A program made the translations under genes and the position numbers. From positions 44,268,001-44,332,000 of the forward strand of contig NC_043007.1 in the NCBI RefSeq assembly GCF_006345805.1: DNA of 64,000 nucleotides, read 5' to 3'. Under the pieces are notes generated by a model, which did not search any database, was not told the DNA's origin, and saw only the letters and a program-made list of their open reading frames with translations. This DNA is from Octopus sinensis (lineage: Eukaryota). Below are positions 60,795 to 64,000 of the stretch, in pieces. Position 1 is the stretch's first letter. The number at the start of each line of letters is the position of its first letter.

Positions 60795-60848
<54 letters not shown>

Positions 60849-62000
60849 GCCATGTTTTCATGATTTTTATGTGAGCTTTTGCTATAGCACCTCTACATTC
60901 CTGAGATGTATGCAACATTGTTTTTTGGGGCATAGTATTATGTTTGTATGCTACATCTCTTTATTAATGTAGCAAGTGGCAGAATTAGTAGAGTGTCATG
61001 CAAAATACCTTTTGGTAATTAGTGTTCTGAGTTCAAATCTCACTTAGATCAACTTTGCCTTTCATCCTTCCAGAACCAATAAAATAAAATAACAATCAAG
61101 TACTGGAGTTTGTTAAAATTCACTGTACCTCTCATTACAAATTGTGTGGCCTTCCTTGTGCAAATGTAAGAAAACATTATTAATGCACTAGATGAACTAG
61201 TATTTTTTCTTGCTCTTTAAGTTCCAAGTTAAAATCTCACTGTTGTCATCTTTGCCTTTCATCCTTTTGGGATTAATATGAAATAAAATACCAGTGGTAT
61301 ACTGGTATCAATGTAATCTACTGTTCTCTCTTCTCAAAATTTCTAATCTTGAATCTATGTTAGAAATTATAATTATCATATTATAAAGAAATTATAATAA
61401 TTATTAATATAATTATTGGTCATGGTAGATTAGCAGAATCATTAGAATATCAGACAAAATGCTTTCTGGTATTTGTTTTGGCTCTTTCCATTCTGAGTTC
61501 AAATACCACTAAAGGTGGCTTTGCCTTTTATCTCTCTGAGGCTGATAAAATAGAATTCTTGTGAAGTATTGGGGGTCAATGTAATCAAGTAACCCCTTTC
61601 CCTCAAAACTGCTGTCTCTGTGCCTAAATTTTTAATCATTATTTAAAACTGGCAGTGAACTGGCAGAATTATTAACACATTAAACAAAATGCTCAGTTTC
61701 ATTTCTTCTGGCTTTTTACGTTTTGAGTCCAAATTTTGCTGAGGTCAAGGTTGCTTTTTATTCTTTCAGGATCAATAAAATAAAATATCAGTCAAATACT
61801 GGGGTCGATGTAATTCACTAGCCCCCTCTCCCCAAACTTCTGGCCTTGTGCCTATATTAGAAAGAATTAGTAATGCTATGAATGGCAGCAAAAGCAATAG
61901 GATGGATGAAATACAATTAGAATTCAAACTTCAAGATCACCTTTGCTTTTTAATGTTCTGGGATAGATAAAATAAAGTACCTAGCATATATAACCCTCTT
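59355..62000. repeat. Array of about 10 diverged family A SINEs, mostly + strand, spaced by (ATT/AAT)n
   Basis: Copies near 59360, 59590, 60240(-), 60660, 60970, 61200, 61420, 61650 and 61900. Confidence 0.8.
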
Positions 62001-63389
62001 CTTCCTTGTGGAAAATATAAGAAAACATTATTTAGTATTGGCAGGTGCTAAGTGGGTAGCTATATGATAATGAAGTGGATGGTGGGTAGGTTCTTCAGAG
62101 ACATCCAGGTCTGGATGGTCCCTGATGATCACAAGGCCATCCATGAGCAGTACTCCAGTATGAGAGGAGAAGGAAAGTCAGTCAAACTTTTGGTACAGAC
62201 AGAGGGCCTGTTTGATGCATGTGTTGGTGATAAGAGCCACTTGAAGCTTTTCTGTTCAGAGATGGAAAAAGCAAAGAGAGGTGAGCAGTGATAAACAGTA
62301 GCAGAGATTGCAACAACAATGATAAAAAAAGAGGTTCCATAGTGAATACCATGGCTACTTCCACCTCCTTTAGTCCACAGGTTCTATCGAGACAGTAAAG
62401 ACAGCCAAAGTGGACAAAATATTAATCACATCTGAAGTTCCAACAACACCAAGGGCTGACAATGAAGCATGCTACCAAGTAACTGATAGTTTAATTCTTC
62501 AGTACAGGACTGGCCGGAAGCTCTTAGCAAGAGTTTAACCTTATTGTTTTGTGGTAGTGGAGAAGTGGTAGAGACTGAAAAAATAGGAATCTGTAGGAAA
62601 CAAAAAAGAGAGAGAAAACAAGCCTAAATGAAAAGCAAGTAAATGGTGGGAAATCCTTCTCAAAGAAGATTTTCCACACACCTTCTCAGAATACCTGAAC
62701 TGTATGGTTATAATAATCTGAAGGGGTAACCATAGACTACTTTGGTGCTAAAAGATGAGATTGGAGAGGATCTGTAACAGGGGACCACTACCCCAAAGGA
62801 TCAAAGGTTGTTGATGACTATATCAGTGGGTTTTAGACAGCTAAGAGATCACAGCCAAGAGGATGTGGTATCCTTCACAGTTCAGCTAAAGCCAAAAATG
62901 CTCAAGGGCACTTTTGGAGGACTCAATTGAAAGAAATTGGTCAGAATTATCTGGTGCCCTCATCCTACTTAGGTTATGGTTTCTCATCCCTTTATAGGTA
63001 AGTTGCCCTGGTTTCTTTCTGTCAACAAACTTTTATCCTGTTTCAATAATCTGTTCTGCACTTTTGCAACCTTTGCATATAATAGATGTATGTACATTGC
63101 CACAAGCTTTTTTAAAAACTTTTTTATGAAAAATTTTGTATTGTATTTATGGGCCCATGTGGCTAATAAAGAAAGTATTATTATAATCATTGTTGGTTAA
63201 TATTATTAAGCTTGATCCTCCGCCTTTCTTTGACATCTAGTTTTCCTTTACTGGGTTGTAGCAAAGGAATTGAATGTGAGCATGCACACACACACATACA
63301 CATACATGCACTGACATGCACATATCTATACAAGTGAATGTTTAAGTAGGTGTGTGTGTGCGCACACGAGCACACACACACACACACAG

Positions 63390-63700
63390 ATTCTCTCCCC
63401 CTCTCCCTCTTTCCTCCTTCCTCCCCCTCCTCCCCTTCCTTCTCCCCTCCTCTCTCTCCCCCCTCCTCTCCTCTTCCCCCCTCTCCTCCCCCTCTTCTTC
63501 CCCTCCCCTTCTCCCCCTCCCCCTCTTCTCCTCACTACACCACACGACTTTACACATCACATCATATATGATGTGCCATACTAATACATACACCAACTAA
63601 TACATACTAATACGTACTAATACATACTAATACATACTAATACATACACCAACCCTATACATACACACGTCCAGACCCCTCATACGCACTTATACTCTCT

Positions 63701-63741
<41 letters not shown>

Positions 63742-63856
63742 ACACACACACACTTATACATACTAATACGTACTAATACATACTAATACATACTAATACA
63801 TACACCAACCCCATACATACGCACGTCCAGACCAATCCTACGCACTAATACTCTCT

Positions 63857-63891
<35 letters not shown>

Positions 63892-64000
63892 ATACATACT
63901 AATACATACACCAACCCTATACATACACACGTCCAGACCCCTCCTACGCACTATTAGCTGGTCCTTCAACCCTATTATCAACCCTATTATCAACCCTATT
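63390..64000. repeat. C/T-rich tract (63390-63535), then a compound minisatellite and a 12-bp repeat running off the window
   Basis: Three ~130-170-nt units with (TACTAATACA)n, ccaaccctatacatacacacgtccagacc and (CA)n. The window ends in (CAACCCTATTAT)n. Confidence 0.85.

Noticed and set aside
63965-64000. AACCCT-containing terminal repeat as telomeric sequence
   Set aside because: The unit is the 12-mer CAACCCTATTAT, not (CCCTAA)n.

Overview
AT-rich, repeat-saturated animal genomic DNA. The SINE, LINE and microsatellite landscape is most consistent with an octopus; this is inferred from repeat types, not a database match. Two protein-coding genes lie in tandem on the + strand. The first is the 3' half of NOP53/GLTSCR2 (8 clear coding exons from 1570 to 13677, plus a probable 7-nt coding terminal exon at 17139), which contains a U12-type minor intron. 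The second is a complete three-exon ENDOG (CDS 21712-43175, 311 aa, DRGH active site intact). The rest is mobile DNA: a young CR1/L2-group LINE with an open RT ORF, RTE and CR1 fragments, a decayed mariner, a non-autonomous Helitron, a decayed Helitron RepHel, a decayed Penelope-like ORF, piggyBac-type and hAT-type MITEs, several tRNA-headed SINE families and many microsatellites. The most unusual structures are: (1) a palindromic head-to-head pair of tRNA-headed elements carrying a degenerate Penelope-type hammerhead ribozyme in the last NOP53 intron (14610-15101); (2) a 260-bp-arm fold-back SINE insertion that also copied 93 bp of its own target flank (55049-55584); (3) an orphan ~150-bp-arm palindrome (58672-59006). 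No host gene could be supported after ~43.2 kb. Coordinates were counted by hand, and boundaries of decayed repeats are approximate.
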